Source: Betaproteobacteria bacterium (GTDB lineage Bacteria; Pseudomonadota; Gammaproteobacteria; Burkholderiales; SG8-41). From it: 43,248 nucleotides of DNA. Below, piece after piece: positions 31,847 to 43,178 of this stretch. A program made the position numbers and the translations under genes. The first letter of the stretch is position 1; the number at the start of each line of letters is the position of its first letter. The notes under the pieces are model-generated. The model saw nothing but the letters and a program-made list of their open reading frames with translations. It was not told the DNA's origin and ran no database searches. The stretch spans positions 1-43,248 of the forward strand of contig JANNPG010000053.1 of NCBI GenBank assembly GCA_031399805.1. The letters run 5' to 3'.

Positions 31847-31878
31847 ACCGGGCTTTTCAATAAGTTTGGGCAAAGATC

Positions 31879-32013
31879 ATGAAACGCACCTATCAACCGT
31901 CGACGACCCGCCGCAAGCGCACGCATGGATTCCGGGTTCGGATGAAAACACGCGGCGGTCGCGTAGTATTGCGTACGCGCCGCGCGAAAGGGCGCGCGCG
32001 TCTCGGCGTTTGA
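31879..32013 (+). CDS. rpmH: 50S ribosomal protein L34
   Basis: Hand translation [44 protein letters not shown] (44 aa). Confidence 0.98.
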   Translation: MKRTYQPSTTRRKRTHGFRVRMKTRGGRVVLRTRRAKGRARLGV

Positions 32014-32402
32014 CGCGCGCCGCTGCAAAATTTTCGTTTTCGCGGGCCAGCCGACTCGAGGGACGGCACGCCTATGCGGCGGTGTTTGCGTACAAGTGCT
32101 CGGTGGCAGGGGATTTTTTTCAAGTTTACGCAAGGCCGAACAGCCGCGCGGATCCGCGCCTAGGCATTACGGTTAACAAACGGTTCGTGCCACAGGCGAC
32201 GTCAAGAAATTACTGCAAACGACTGGCGCGGGAAGCATTTCGTATCCATCAGATCGAACTGGGCGGCGTCGATATTGTGGTACGTTCCCGTTCGGTTGTG
32301 TTGCCCGCGTCATCGGCGCAGGCGCGCGCCGAAATCATAGGACTTATGAGACGCGCGCGATGCCTGTGTTGCGAACAAGCCGACGCATTACCACCCCGCT
32401 AA
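32010..32402 (+). CDS. rnpA: Ribonuclease P protein component
   Basis: TTG start overlapping the rpmH stop; [26 protein letters not shown] (RNR-motif variant), DIVVR. Confidence 0.9.
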   Translation: MTRAAAKFSFSRASRLEGRHAYAAVFAYKCSVAGDFFQVYARPNSRADPRLGITVNKRFVPQATSRNYCKRLAREAFRIHQIELGGVDIVVRSRSVVLPASSAQARAEIIGLMRRARCLCCEQADALPPR

Positions 32403-32427
32403 CACCAGCCGACCATCTGGTTCTGCA

Positions 32428-34071
32428 ATGGATACCCAGCGACTAATTCTGTTCATGCTTTTCACGTTTTCGGTGTTCTTTCTGGTGGAAGCCTGGCAGA
32501 AAGACCAGCAGCCGCCGCGCCAGCCGGTGCCGGCAGCCGTGAGCGGGCCGGCGGCGACGCCGGTGCCGACGCCAACCCAAACGCCATCCGCGGCGCCTGC
32601 TGCGGCACCGCCGCCGGTCGGCGGCGAATTGGGGAAAGGACAGACCGTACGCGTCGAAACCGACGTTTTCATTGCCGAGATCGACACGGCGGGCGGCGAT
32701 TTGCGGCGTCTGGAGTTGCGCGCGCATCGCGATACGCTCGATATGAAAAAGACTTTCATGCTGTTGGAACAGCAACCGAACCACATTTACATTGCGCAGT
32801 CAGGCCTGATCGGCAACGGCTTGCCGAATCATCGCACCGCCTATACGGCGGACAATCGCGACGTCAAACTCGCCGCCGGCGCCGCGACGCTTGCCGTCCG
32901 CCTTACGGCGGTTACGGCCGATGGCATCAAGGTCGTCAAGATTTATAATTTTCGCCGTGACAGCTATGTGATCGACGTTGCGTTCGAGATCGAGAACAAG
33001 ACCGCCGCGGCAATTCAGCCGGACGCCTATTTTCAGCTGGTGCGTGACAACACGCCGCCCGCGGGCGATTCGGCAATGTTACCCACTTACACCGGCATGG
33101 CGATATACACCGACAAGGACAAGTTTCAGAAAATCGCGTTTAGCGACGTGGACAAGGGCAAGGCTGATTATCCGAAGAAAAGCAGCGATGGCTGGATCGC
33201 CGTTCTCCAGCATTATTTTCTCACCGCGTGGTTACCCGCGAACAATATTCCGCGCGAGTTCTACATGAAGCAACTCGGCAGCGGGTTGTACGCGGCGGGG
33301 GTCATACTGTCGGCCGGCCGCGTTGAACCTGGCGCAAGCATTACCCTTACCGTGCCGTTGTACGCGGGCCCGGAAGAGCAGGACAATCTTTCCAAGCTGG
33401 CCCCCGGCCTCGATCTTACGATCGACTATGGCTGGTTAACCGTCATCGCAAAACCTTTGTTCTGGTTTCTGCAATGGTTGTATCAATGGGTGCATAACTG
33501 GGGCGTTGCGATCATCATTCTGACGGTGGCCATCAAGGCCGTGTTTTATCCATTATCGGCGGCGAGTTACCGCTCGATGGCGCGCATGCGCATCCTCGCC
33601 CCGCGGCTGCAGAAGCTCAAGGACCAGTACGGCAACGACCGTCAGCGCATGAACCAGGCAATGATGGAATTGTACAAAACGGAAAAGATAAACCCGCTCG
33701 GCGGCTGCTTGCCTGTTGTAGTACAAATACCTGTTTTTATTGCACTTTATTGGGTTTTGCTGGCAAGTGTCGAACTACGTCAAGCGCCGTTTATCCTGTG
33801 GATAGACGATTTATCGCGGGCGGATCCTTATTTTGTGCTGCCGGTGCTGATGGGCGCGACGATGATCTTCCAGACTTATCTCAATCCGGTGCCGCCTGAT
33901 CCGGTGCAGGCCAAGATAATGAAAATCATGCCGATCGCATTCAGCGTCATGTTTTTCTTCTTTCCAGCCGGACTCGTACTCTACTGGCTGATCAACAACA
34001 TCCTCTCGATCGCCCAGCAGTGGCAGATCACCCACGCCATGGAGCAAGCCAAGCCGACGCATGGCAAGTGA
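32428..34071 (+). CDS. yidC: Membrane protein insertase YidC
   Basis: IDYGWL, NWGVAIIILT, INPLGGCLP..QIPVF, DPYFVLP, PAGLVLYW. Confidence 0.98.
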   Translation: MDTQRLILFMLFTFSVFFLVEAWQKDQQPPRQPVPAAVSGPAATPVPTPTQTPSAAPAAAPPPVGGELGKGQTVRVETDVFIAEIDTAGGDLRRLELRAHRDTLDMKKTFMLLEQQPNHIYIAQSGLIGNGLPNHRTAYTADNRDVKLAAGAATLAVRLTAVTADGIKVVKIYNFRRDSYVIDVAFEIENKTAAAIQPDAYFQLVRDNTPPAGDSAMLPTYTGMAIYTDKDKFQKIAFSDVDKGKADYPKKSSDGWIAVLQHYFLTAWLPANNIPREFYMKQLGSGLYAAGVILSAGRVEPGASITLTVPLYAGPEEQDNLSKLAPGLDLTIDYGWLTVIAKPLFWFLQWLYQWVHNWGVAIIILTVAIKAVFYPLSAASYRSMARMRILAPRLQKLKDQYGNDRQRMNQAMMELYKTEKINPLGGCLPVVVQIPVFIALYWVLLASVELRQAPFILWIDDLSRADPYFVLPVLMGATMIFQTYLNPVPPDPVQAKIMKIMPIAFSVMFFFFPAGLVLYWLINNILSIAQQWQITHAMEQAKPTHGK

Positions 34072-35401
34072 CGCGATAGCCGCCATCGCCACCCCGCCAG
34101 GACGCGGCGGGATTGGGGTTGTGCGTATCTCGGGCCAGCATCTCGGACCCATGCTGCGTGGACTTGTCGCTAACGACGTAATTCCGCGGCGCGCCACGCG
34201 GGCTGAATTCTTGAATGCCGACGGAAGTATGATCGACCAGGGCTTGGTGCTTTATTTTCCGGCCCCCCATTCATATACCGGCGAAGACGTTATCGAGTTA
34301 CAAGGACACGGCGGCCCGGTCGTACTGTGGCTATTGCTGCAACGCTGCTTCGAACTCGGCGCACGGATCGCCGAGCCCGGTGAGTTTACCAAACGCGCAT
34401 TTCTCAACGACAAACTCGACCTCGCGCAAGCGGAAAGCGTCGCTGATCTGATCGATGCGTCGACCGCGCAGGCCGCACGCTGTGCGCTGCGTTCGTTCCA
34501 GGGCGAGTTTTCACGTCAGATTGACGCGATGGTCGAAGCACTGACCGAATTGCGCATGCTCGTGGAGGCGACCCTCGATTTTCCGGAAGACGATGTGGAT
34601 TTGCTGGAACGCGGCAACGCGCACACGCGGCTTGATCAAGTAAGACGGCAGTTGGCGCAGATCATCGCGGCATCGCGCCAGGGAAGTCTGTTGCGCGAAG
34701 GCATACAGGTCGTTCTGGCAGGCCAGCCCAACGTTGGCAAATCGAGCCTGTTAAACGCGTTGGCGGGTGTCGAGCGCGCGATTGTCACCGAAATACCCGG
34801 CACCACGCGCGATGCGATACGCGAAACCATCAATTTAAGTGGCGTGCCGGTTCACGTCATCGATACGGCCGGCCTGCGCGCGCCGCGCGACCCCGTCGAG
34901 CAGATCGGTATCACCAGAACCTGGGAGGCCATAGGCGCAGCGGATTTGGTGCTGTGGATAAGCGATGCGACGCGCAAGGAGACTGCCGTAGAGGACCCTG
35001 CGCTGGCCGCGAAATTGCCGGCAGGGGTGCCGCAGTTGCATATCCTGAACAAGATTGATCTCGTCGGCATCGAAGCACACGATTGCAAGCAGGGAGGCGT
35101 CACTGAGGTCGCGGTGTCGGCCAAGACCGGTGCGGGTCTGGCTCTGTTGCGCTCAGCAATGCTGGAAGCGGTTGGTTGGGGTGGTAGTGGGGAAGGTGTT
35201 TTCATGGCACGTGAACGCCATTTGCAGGCACTACACACCGCGACAGGTCATCTCGATCTGGCGGTTGCCAGAGGTGCGGAACTCGAACTCTTTGCCGAAG
35301 AACTGAAGCTGGCGCAAAACGCACTGGCGAGCATTACCGGCGAATTGTCTGCTGACGACTTGCTGGGCAAGATTTTCTCGCATTTTTGCATCGGAAAATA
35401 G
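34061..35401 (+). CDS. mnmE: tRNA modification GTPase MnmE
   Basis: AIATPPGRGGIGVVRISG, GQPNVGKSS, GTTRD, DTAG, NKID, C-terminal FCIGK. Confidence 0.98.
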   Translation: MASDAIAAIATPPGRGGIGVVRISGQHLGPMLRGLVANDVIPRRATRAEFLNADGSMIDQGLVLYFPAPHSYTGEDVIELQGHGGPVVLWLLLQRCFELGARIAEPGEFTKRAFLNDKLDLAQAESVADLIDASTAQAARCALRSFQGEFSRQIDAMVEALTELRMLVEATLDFPEDDVDLLERGNAHTRLDQVRRQLAQIIAASRQGSLLREGIQVVLAGQPNVGKSSLLNALAGVERAIVTEIPGTTRDAIRETINLSGVPVHVIDTAGLRAPRDPVEQIGITRTWEAIGAADLVLWISDATRKETAVEDPALAAKLPAGVPQLHILNKIDLVGIEAHDCKQGGVTEVAVSAKTGAGLALLRSAMLEAVGWGGSGEGVFMARERHLQALHTATGHLDLAVARGAELELFAEELKLAQNALASITGELSADDLLGKIFSHFCIGK

Positions 35402-35415
35402 CCAGTGTCACTCGA

Positions 35416-35431
35416 TGTTTCACGTGAAACA
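35416..35431. promoter_or_regulatory. parS site (perfect)
   Basis: TGTTTCACGTGAAACA, extended to a 22-bp palindrome at 35413-35434; close to parAB and oriC. Confidence 0.93.
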
Positions 35432-35499
35432 TCGGGGGGTTACGGCGCATTGAATTCAGTGCTCACCGTAATCTACTTTGAGGCCAACCGTGCGGCCAA

Positions 35500-35515
35500 T
35501 GTTCCACGTGAAACC
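35500..35515. promoter_or_regulatory. parS site (near consensus)
   Basis: TGTTCCACGTGAAACC. Confidence 0.8.
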
Positions 35516-35596
35516 CCGGGGCGGATTTCACCCAGCGCTACGTTTCGGGATTGTTTTCGGGTATCATTGCGAGCCTGATTTAAGTCAACACAACGC

Positions 35597-37489
35597 ATGC
35601 ATTTCTCTGAAAAATTTGATGTAATCGTGGTCGGTGGCGGTCATGCCGGAACCGAGGCGGCGCTCGCCAGCGCGCGCATGGGCCGCCGCACGTTATTGCT
35701 GACGCATAACGTCGAAACGCTCGGTCAAATGTCGTGTAATCCGTCGATTGGCGGCATAGGAAAAGGCCACCTGGTCAAAGAAATCGATGCGCTGGGCGGC
35801 GCGATGGCCGCAGCCACTGATGAGGCGGGAATACAGTTTCGCATCCTCAACTCCAGCAAGGGCCACGCGGTGCGCGCGACGCGCGCCCAAGCCGACCGTA
35901 TCCTTTACAGGAAGGCGATACGCGGCCGTCTTGAAAATCATCCTAATCTATTGATTTTTCAGCAGTCTGTTGATGATTTGACGATAGAGGGCGAACGCGT
36001 GACCGGCGTCGTAACCCAGCTCGGCTTACGCTTTGCCGCTGACGCCGTGGTGTTGACCACGGGCACTTTCCTGTCCGGGTTGGTCCATGTGGGGCTGCAG
36101 AACTACCAGGCCGGGCGCGCCGGCGATCCGCCTTCAATCAGCCTGGCGGCGCGGTTGCGAGAACTTAAATTGCCCGTGGGCCGGCTCAAAACCGGTACGC
36201 CACCGCGCATCGACGGTCGCAGTATCGATTTTTCGCGGCTTGCGGCACAGCCCGGCGATGATCCAGTGCCGGTGTTCTCATTTCTCGGTTCGCCCGCACA
36301 GCATCCACCACAACTGCCGTGCTGGATTACGCACACCAACGAGCTTACGCACGAAATCATTCGTGGCGGCCTCGACCGTTCGCCGCTGTTCACGGGAGTC
36401 ATCGCAGGGGTGGGCCCGCGCTATTGTCCGTCGATCGAAGACAAGATCACGCGTTTTGCCGACAAATCCTCGCACCAGATATTTCTCGAACCTGAAGGAT
36501 TGACGGTCAACGAGTTTTATCCCAACGGCATATCGACGAGCTTGCCGTTCGACGTGCAAATCGCGCTGGTACGCTCGATTCAGGGGCTGGAGGGCGCGCA
36601 CATCACGCGGCCAGGCTACGCGATTGAATACGATTACTATGATCCGCGCGGACTCAAGAGCTCGCTTGAAACCAAGGCGATCAAGGGTCTTTTTTTCGCC
36701 GGCCAGATAAACGGCACCACGGGTTACGAAGAAGCGGCGGCGCAAGGGTTGCTTGCCGGTATCAATGCTGCGCGCTTCGTGGCCGGCGACGAGTCGTGGT
36801 GTCCGCGCCGCGATGAAGCCTATCTCGGCGTGCTGGTCGATGACTTGATCACGCGCGGCGTATCCGAGCCGTATCGCATGTTCACCAGCCGCGCCGAATA
36901 TCGCTTGAGCCTGCGCGAAGACAATGCGGATATTCGACTGACGGAAATCGGCCGCCGGCTCGGCGTCGTAGATGACGGTCGCTGGCAGTATTTCGAACGC
37001 AAGCGCGAAGCAGTTACGCGCGAGTTCGAGCGCTTGAAGTCGAGCTGGGTCAATCCCAAAGTCGTCGCGCAGCGCGAATACGAGCGGGTGCTCGGACAGG
37101 CTGTCGAGCGCGAATATACGCTGCTCGATTTATTGCGCCGGCCCGGCGTGACCTATGGTGCACTGATGACGCTGCCTGACGCCGGCCCGCCGGTGGCCGA
37201 CCCGCAAGTTGCCGAGCAAGTGGAAATTCAATGCAAATATCAAGGCTACATCACGCGTCAGCAGGATGAGATCACGCGCCAGCAGGCCTATGAAGAAACG
37301 CGCTTGCCGGTGGAACTTGATTACCGGCGCGTGCACGGACTGTCAATCGAGGTGCAAGAAAAGCTTAATCAGCATCGTCCGGAAACCCTGGGTCAGGCCG
37401 CGCGCATTTCCGGCATTACGCCGGCTGCGATTTCGTTGTTGCTGGTACATTTGAAGCGGGGTTTCGGTGCTGCGCAAAAATCGGCATGA
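35597..37489 (+). CDS. mnmG: tRNA uridine 5-carboxymethylaminomethyl modification enzyme MnmG (GidA)
   Basis: [49 protein letters not shown]. Confidence 0.99.
   Translation: MHFSEKFDVIVVGGGHAGTEAALASARMGRRTLLLTHNVETLGQMSCNPSIGGIGKGHLVKEIDALGGAMAAATDEAGIQFRILNSSKGHAVRATRAQADRILYRKAIRGRLENHPNLLIFQQSVDDLTIEGERVTGVVTQLGLRFAADAVVLTTGTFLSGLVHVGLQNYQAGRAGDPPSISLAARLRELKLPVGRLKTGTPPRIDGRSIDFSRLAAQPGDDPVPVFSFLGSPAQHPPQLPCWITHTNELTHEIIRGGLDRSPLFTGVIAGVGPRYCPSIEDKITRFADKSSHQIFLEPEGLTVNEFYPNGISTSLPFDVQIALVRSIQGLEGAHITRPGYAIEYDYYDPRGLKSSLETKAIKGLFFAGQINGTTGYEEAAAQGLLAGINAARFVAGDESWCPRRDEAYLGVLVDDLITRGVSEPYRMFTSRAEYRLSLREDNADIRLTEIGRRLGVVDDGRWQYFERKREAVTREFERLKSSWVNPKVVAQREYERVLGQAVEREYTLLDLLRRPGVTYGALMTLPDAGPPVADPQVAEQVEIQCKYQGYITRQQDEITRQQAYEETRLPVELDYRRVHGLSIEVQEKLNQHRPETLGQAARISGITPAAISLLLVHLKRGFGAAQKSA
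35944..35956 (-). promoter_or_regulatory. IHF consensus site inside mnmG
   Basis: Minus strand AATCAATAGATTA matches WATCAANNNNTTR, in a locally AT-rich patch. Confidence 0.4.
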
Positions 37490-38115
37490 GTGTTGCCGAG
37501 CAACTCGCGCAAGGCATAGCGGAGTTGGGCTTGCAGGTGTCTGCCGATATTCGCGCCAAGCTCGTGGATTACCTCGCGTTGATTGCCAAATGGAACCGGG
37601 TGCACAACCTCACCGCGGTGCGCGAAACCGGCAAGATGGTCAGCGTGCACGCGCTGGATTGCCTGGCGATAGTGCCGCATTTGCAACCGAATTCGGTGCT
37701 CGACGTCGGCAGCGGTGCCGGCTTACCGGGCATCCCACTCGCACTGATGTGGCCGCAGGCCAGCGTCGTTTTGCTCGACAGCAACCACAAGAAAGCGGCG
37801 TTCCTGCGCCAGGCTGTAATCGAACTCGGGCTGAAGAACGCCGCGGTGGTGTGCGAGCGCGCCGAGTCGTGGCGTCCGCAACAGGATTTTGATCTCGTGA
37901 TCTCGCGCGCTTTTTCCGATTTGCCCGAATTTGTGCGGCTCGCCGGGCGCCTGTGCCGCGCTGACGGACTGATCGCGGCGATGAAAGGTGTTTATCCTGA
38001 CGACGAACTCGCGCAGTTGCCAGCCGATGTCAGGTTGCATGGCACGGTGCCGCTTACGGTGCCGGGATTGCATGCGAAGCGGCATCTGGTTTTACTCGCT
38101 CCGGTACGCCCATAA
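37486..38115 (+). CDS. rsmG: 16S rRNA m7G527 methyltransferase RsmG (GidB)
   Basis: [30 protein letters not shown]. Confidence 0.97.
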   Translation: MSVAEQLAQGIAELGLQVSADIRAKLVDYLALIAKWNRVHNLTAVRETGKMVSVHALDCLAIVPHLQPNSVLDVGSGAGLPGIPLALMWPQASVVLLDSNHKKAAFLRQAVIELGLKNAAVVCERAESWRPQQDFDLVISRAFSDLPEFVRLAGRLCRADGLIAAMKGVYPDDELAQLPADVRLHGTVPLTVPGLHAKRHLVLLAPVRP

Positions 38116-38116
38116 T

Positions 38117-38890
38117 ATGACCAAGATACTGGCCATCACCAACCAGAAGGGCGGGGTCGGCAAGACCACCACCGGCGTCAATCTGGCGGCGAGTCTTGCC
38201 GCGACCAAACAGCGAGTACTGCTGGTCGACCTCGATCCGCAGGGCAACGCTACGATGGGCAGCGGCATAGATAAGCGCGTGCTGGAGCACACGATTTATC
38301 ACGTGCTGCTGGGTGAGGCGGAAATAGCCGCGGTGCGCGTGCGATCGACCAGCGGCAATTATGACGTGGTGCCGGCGAACCGCGAACTGGCGGGAGCCGA
38401 GGTCGAACTGGTCGACCTCGATCAGCGCGAAACGCGGCTAAAATCAGCGCTTACTACGCTCGAGCATGAGTACGATTTCATCCTGATCGACTGCCCGCCC
38501 GCGCTTAATTTATTGACGGTCAACGGGCTGTGCGCAGCCCATGCGGTGCTGATACCGATGCAGTGCGAATACTATGCGCTCGAAGGATTGAGTGATCTGG
38601 TGCAGACCATCAAGAAAGTGCGCACTCACCTCAATCCGCAACTCGAGATTGAAGGCCTGCTGCGTACGATGTTCGATCCGCGTAACACGCTTGCGCAACA
38701 AGTATCCGCTCAGCTGCAGCAGCACTTCGGCGATAAATTATATCGAACGGTGATCCCGCGCAACGTGCGGCTCGCCGAGGCGCCCAGTCACGGTGTGCCT
38801 GCGCTGGGACTTGATAAAGGTTCGAAGGGCGCACAAGCGTATCTCGCGCTCGCCGGCGAAATGCTTAATCGTTCGGCGCCCGCCATCTAG
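38117..38890 (+). CDS. parA: Chromosome partitioning ATPase ParA (Soj)
   Basis: MTKILAITNQKGGVGKTT, DLDPQGNAT, IDCPPAL, QCEYYALEG; start reassigned to ATG 38117. Confidence 0.96.
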   Translation: MTKILAITNQKGGVGKTTTGVNLAASLAATKQRVLLVDLDPQGNATMGSGIDKRVLEHTIYHVLLGEAEIAAVRVRSTSGNYDVVPANRELAGAEVELVDLDQRETRLKSALTTLEHEYDFILIDCPPALNLLTVNGLCAAHAVLIPMQCEYYALEGLSDLVQTIKKVRTHLNPQLEIEGLLRTMFDPRNTLAQQVSAQLQQHFGDKLYRTVIPRNVRLAEAPSHGVPALGLDKGSKGAQAYLALAGEMLNRSAPAI

Positions 38891-38895
38891 CGGGG

Positions 38896-39765
38896 ATGAC
38901 CCCTATGGCAAAAATGAAAGGCTTGGGACGCGGCCTCGATGCACTGCTCGGTGGTGACGAAACTACGGCTGTTTCCGGCAGCCCCGATCGACAGGCCGAA
39001 CTGAATATCGACTTGTTGCAACCGGGTAAATATCAGCCGCGCATGCACTGGGACGAGACGGGTTTAAAAGAGCTGGCCGACTCGATCAAAGCCCAGGGCA
39101 TCATGCAACCGATTCTGGTGCGCCCGGTCGGCGGTGGAAAATATGAAATTATCGCCGGCGAACGGCGCTGGCGTGCCGCACGGATCGCCGGCCTTGGCGC
39201 GGTGCCGGCACTGGTGCGGGCGGTGCCGGACAATGCGGCACTCGCCATGGCGCTGATCGAAAACATCCAGCGCGAGGATCTGAATCCGCTCGAGCAGGCG
39301 AACGGCATCCAGCGCCTCATAACAGAATTCGGCATCACCCACGATAAAGCGGCCGAAATGGTCGGCCGCTCGCGCAGCGCGGTAACCAATTTGTTGCGGC
39401 TGCTGGCGCTTGCCGAACCCGTGCGCAACCTCGTGCAGGAGGGCCGGCTCGACATGGGCCACGCGCGCGCATTACTGGCCTTGGCGGGCATGCAACAAAT
39501 TGAGACGGCACGCCTGATCGCAGAGCGGGGAATGTCGGTACGCGAGGCCGAACGGCTGGTGGGGCGTCTCGTCAAGGGAGTTGCGGGCAAGAAAACGCGC
39601 CGCGTTACTGATCGCGACATACTACGCTTGCAGGAAGAGTTATCGCAAAAGCTGGGCACCGCGGTGGCGATCAAGGCCGGCGCCAGGAAGGGCAGCGGCA
39701 AATTGACGATCGCGTATAGCACGCTGGATCAACTCGATGCACTGCTCGCGCGGCTTAAGCGCTGA
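38896..39765 (+). CDS. parB: Chromosome partitioning protein ParB
   Basis: GLGRGLDALL, YQPR, IAGERRWRA, IENIQREDLNP, HTH GRSRSAVTN. Alternative start at 38905. Confidence 0.97.
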   Translation: MTPMAKMKGLGRGLDALLGGDETTAVSGSPDRQAELNIDLLQPGKYQPRMHWDETGLKELADSIKAQGIMQPILVRPVGGGKYEIIAGERRWRAARIAGLGAVPALVRAVPDNAALAMALIENIQREDLNPLEQANGIQRLITEFGITHDKAAEMVGRSRSAVTNLLRLLALAEPVRNLVQEGRLDMGHARALLALAGMQQIETARLIAERGMSVREAERLVGRLVKGVAGKKTRRVTDRDILRLQEELSQKLGTAVAIKAGARKGSGKLTIAYSTLDQLDALLARLKR

Positions 39766-39796
39766 CCGCGGAGCGGTTGTTGCGGTGCAATCTGGT

Positions 39797-39826
39797 TTGA
39801 CGCGAGACACTCGAGCTTAGTAAAAT
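39797..39826 (+). promoter_or_regulatory. Candidate sigma70 promoter of the atp operon
   Basis: TTGACG-N18-TAAAAT upstream of atpI. Confidence 0.5.
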
Positions 39827-39854
39827 CGATAGGTTTGCTCTTTGGACTATCCGG

Positions 39855-40226
39855 GTGGCTTTCAAAATCGAGAGCAAACCACTGCGCACGGTTCTGCGCT
39901 GGCAGTTTTATACCACGGCGGCACTGGCGCTGATGGCCGGTATTTGGGCCGGTATGCACGGCGCATTTTCTGCGTTGCTGGGTGGTTTCGTAAGTTGGGC
40001 GGCAGGGCTGGTCTTTGCGCTGATGGTGTCCGGTGGTCGGGTAAGAACCGCCGGAGCGACGTTGCGCATCCTGTTCCGGGCGGAAGCCAGCAAGATTATG
40101 CTGATGATTTTCCTGTTGTGGCTGGTGCTGACGACTTACCAGGACGTCGTGCCGGTCGCGTTTTTTGTCGGATTCGTCGCCGCGGTGCTGGTGTCCCAGG
40201 CGGCGTTGCTAGTGCGCGAGAGTTAA
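39855..40226 (+). CDS. atpI: ATP synthase protein I
   Basis: 123 aa hydrophobic protein with SALLGG and RAEASK; first gene of the atp operon. Confidence 0.85.
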   Translation: MAFKIESKPLRTVLRWQFYTTAALALMAGIWAGMHGAFSALLGGFVSWAAGLVFALMVSGGRVRTAGATLRILFRAEASKIMLMIFLLWLVLTTYQDVVPVAFFVGFVAAVLVSQAALLVRES

Positions 40227-40236
40227 GACGATTTAG

Positions 40237-41365
<1,129 letters not shown>

Positions 41366-41399
41366 CGAAGCGGACTGGAAGGTCCCGCAAGGGAACATC

Positions 41400-41870
41400 A
41401 TGAATATAAATTTGACGCTTTTCGCACAGGCGATCTCGTTCGCGGCGTTTATCTGGTTCACGGCCAGATTCATCTGGCCACCCCTGATGCGCGCGGTCGA
41501 AGCCCGCCAGAAACAGATTGCCGACGGTCTCGCCGCGGGCGAAGAAGGCAAGCGCTCGCTCGAGTTGTCCGCGCAGCAGGCGAACGAGGAAATTGCCAGG
41601 GCGCGCATGCGCGCCGCCGAGATTGTGGGGCAGGCGGAGAAACGCGCTTCCCAAATGATCGAGGAAGCGAAAACCTCTGCGCGCGACGAAGGCGGCCGGG
41701 AAAAGGCCGCGGCGAAGGCCGAGATCGAGCAGGAAGTTTCGCGCGCGCGCGAAACGTTGCGCAAACAGGTGGCCGCGCTGGCCGTGGCAGGCGCCGAAAA
41801 AATTCTGCGCCGCGAGGTCGACGCCAAGACGCACGCTGATCTGCTGCAAGCGGTGCAGGCGGAGCTGTAA
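41400..41870 (+). CDS. atpF: ATP synthase F0 subunit b
   Basis: [14 protein letters not shown]...WPPL...RQKQIADGL; 156 aa from ATG 41400. Confidence 0.96.
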   Translation: MNINLTLFAQAISFAAFIWFTARFIWPPLMRAVEARQKQIADGLAAGEEGKRSLELSAQQANEEIARARMRAAEIVGQAEKRASQMIEEAKTSARDEGGREKAAAKAEIEQEVSRARETLRKQVAALAVAGAEKILRREVDAKTHADLLQAVQAEL

Positions 41871-41879
41871 GGCGGGGTC

Positions 41880-42416
41880 ATGGCAGAAACGATCACCATC
41901 GCGCGCCCGTACGCTGAAGCCGCTTTCAAACTGGCGCGGGAAAAATCATCGTTCGGCGCGTGGTCGGAGATGCTGCGGCTCCTAGATATCGTCGTGCGCG
42001 ACGAACGCGTCGCCCGCTGCATAAATGATCCCAACGTGAGCGGCCAGCAGCTCGAGAACCTCGTCTTGGGCGTCTGCGGCGAGCAGCTTGACGGCGCGGG
42101 CAGGAATTTCGTGCAGATACTGATCAGCAACGACCGCTTGGCGGTGGTGCCCGCAATTCTCGAATTGTTTGAACAACTCAAGCGCGAGCACGAAGGCGTA
42201 ATCGAAGCGCAGATCGTCTCGGCTTTTGCCATCGATGGCGCGCAAGTCGATCTCTTGGTGAAGAAGCTCGAATCAAAATATCAGCGCAAAGTACGCGCCG
42301 AGGTCAGTATCGATGCGCAATTGATCGGCGGCGTGAAAATCGTGGTCGGCGACAAGGTATTCGATGCGACCGTGCGCGGCAAATTGGATGCGATGTCGGC
42401 AGCGCTTATCCGTTAG
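41880..42416 (+). CDS. atpH: ATP synthase F1 subunit delta
   Basis: TIARPYAEAAF, LIGGVKIVVGDKVFDATVRGKL. Confidence 0.97.
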   Translation: MAETITIARPYAEAAFKLAREKSSFGAWSEMLRLLDIVVRDERVARCINDPNVSGQQLENLVLGVCGEQLDGAGRNFVQILISNDRLAVVPAILELFEQLKREHEGVIEAQIVSAFAIDGAQVDLLVKKLESKYQRKVRAEVSIDAQLIGGVKIVVGDKVFDATVRGKLDAMSAALIR

Positions 42417-42425
42417 GAGTTTTAG

Positions 42426-43178
42426 ATGCAACTTAATCCGTCAGAAATCAGCGAACTCATCAAGAGCAGGATCCAGAACCTGGGCGCCACCAGCGAGGCG
42501 CGCACCCAGGGCACGGTCATTTCGGTCACCGACGGCATTTGCCGCGTGCACGGACTTGCCGACGTCATGCAGGGCGAGATGCTCGAGTTCCCGAAGAACA
42601 CCTTCGGGTTGGCGCTCAACCTCGAGCGCGATTCGGTCGGCGCGGTCGTGCTCGGCCCCTACGAGCATATTTCCGAGGGCGACCCGGTTAAATGCACCGG
42701 CCGCATCCTCGACGTGCCGGTGGGGCCGGAGTTGATCGGGCGCGTGGTGGACTCGCTAGGTCAGCCGATCGACGGCAAAGGGCCCATCAACGAGAAAGAA
42801 CGCGACGTGATCGAAAAAGTCGCGCCCGGCGTGGTGTGGCGAAAATCGGTGTCCCAGCCGGTGCAGACAGGGCTTAAATCGATCGACGCGATGGTGCCGG
42901 TAGGCCGTGGCCAGCGCGAACTTATCATCGGCGACCGGCAGACCGGCAAGACGGCGGTCGCAGTCGACACCATCATCAACCAGAAAGGCAAAGACCTGAT
43001 CTGCGTATACGTCGCGATCGGCCAGAAAGCCTCGACCATCGCCAACGTCGTGCGCAAGCTCGAAGAACACGGCGCGATGGCTTATACCATCGTGGTCGCG
43101 GCGTCCGCCTCCGAGTCCGCCGCGATGCAATATATCGCTCCCTATTCCGGTTGCACGATGGGCGAATACTTCCGCGAC
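42426..43178 (+). CDS. atpA: ATP synthase F1 subunit alpha (partial, broken by the fold-back junction)
   Basis: Hand translation [13 protein letters not shown]...[17 protein letters not shown]...[14 protein letters not shown]; the sequence then switches to an inverted copy. Confidence 0.95.

Noticed and set aside
31866-32009. N-terminal extension of the rnpA track ORF
   Set aside because: It overlaps rpmH in another frame. rnpA most plausibly starts at TTG 32010.
35169-35197. G-rich tract in mnmE (possible G-quadruplex)
   Set aside because: Explained by Gly/Trp/Val codons and leading-strand G skew; most runs are only GG.
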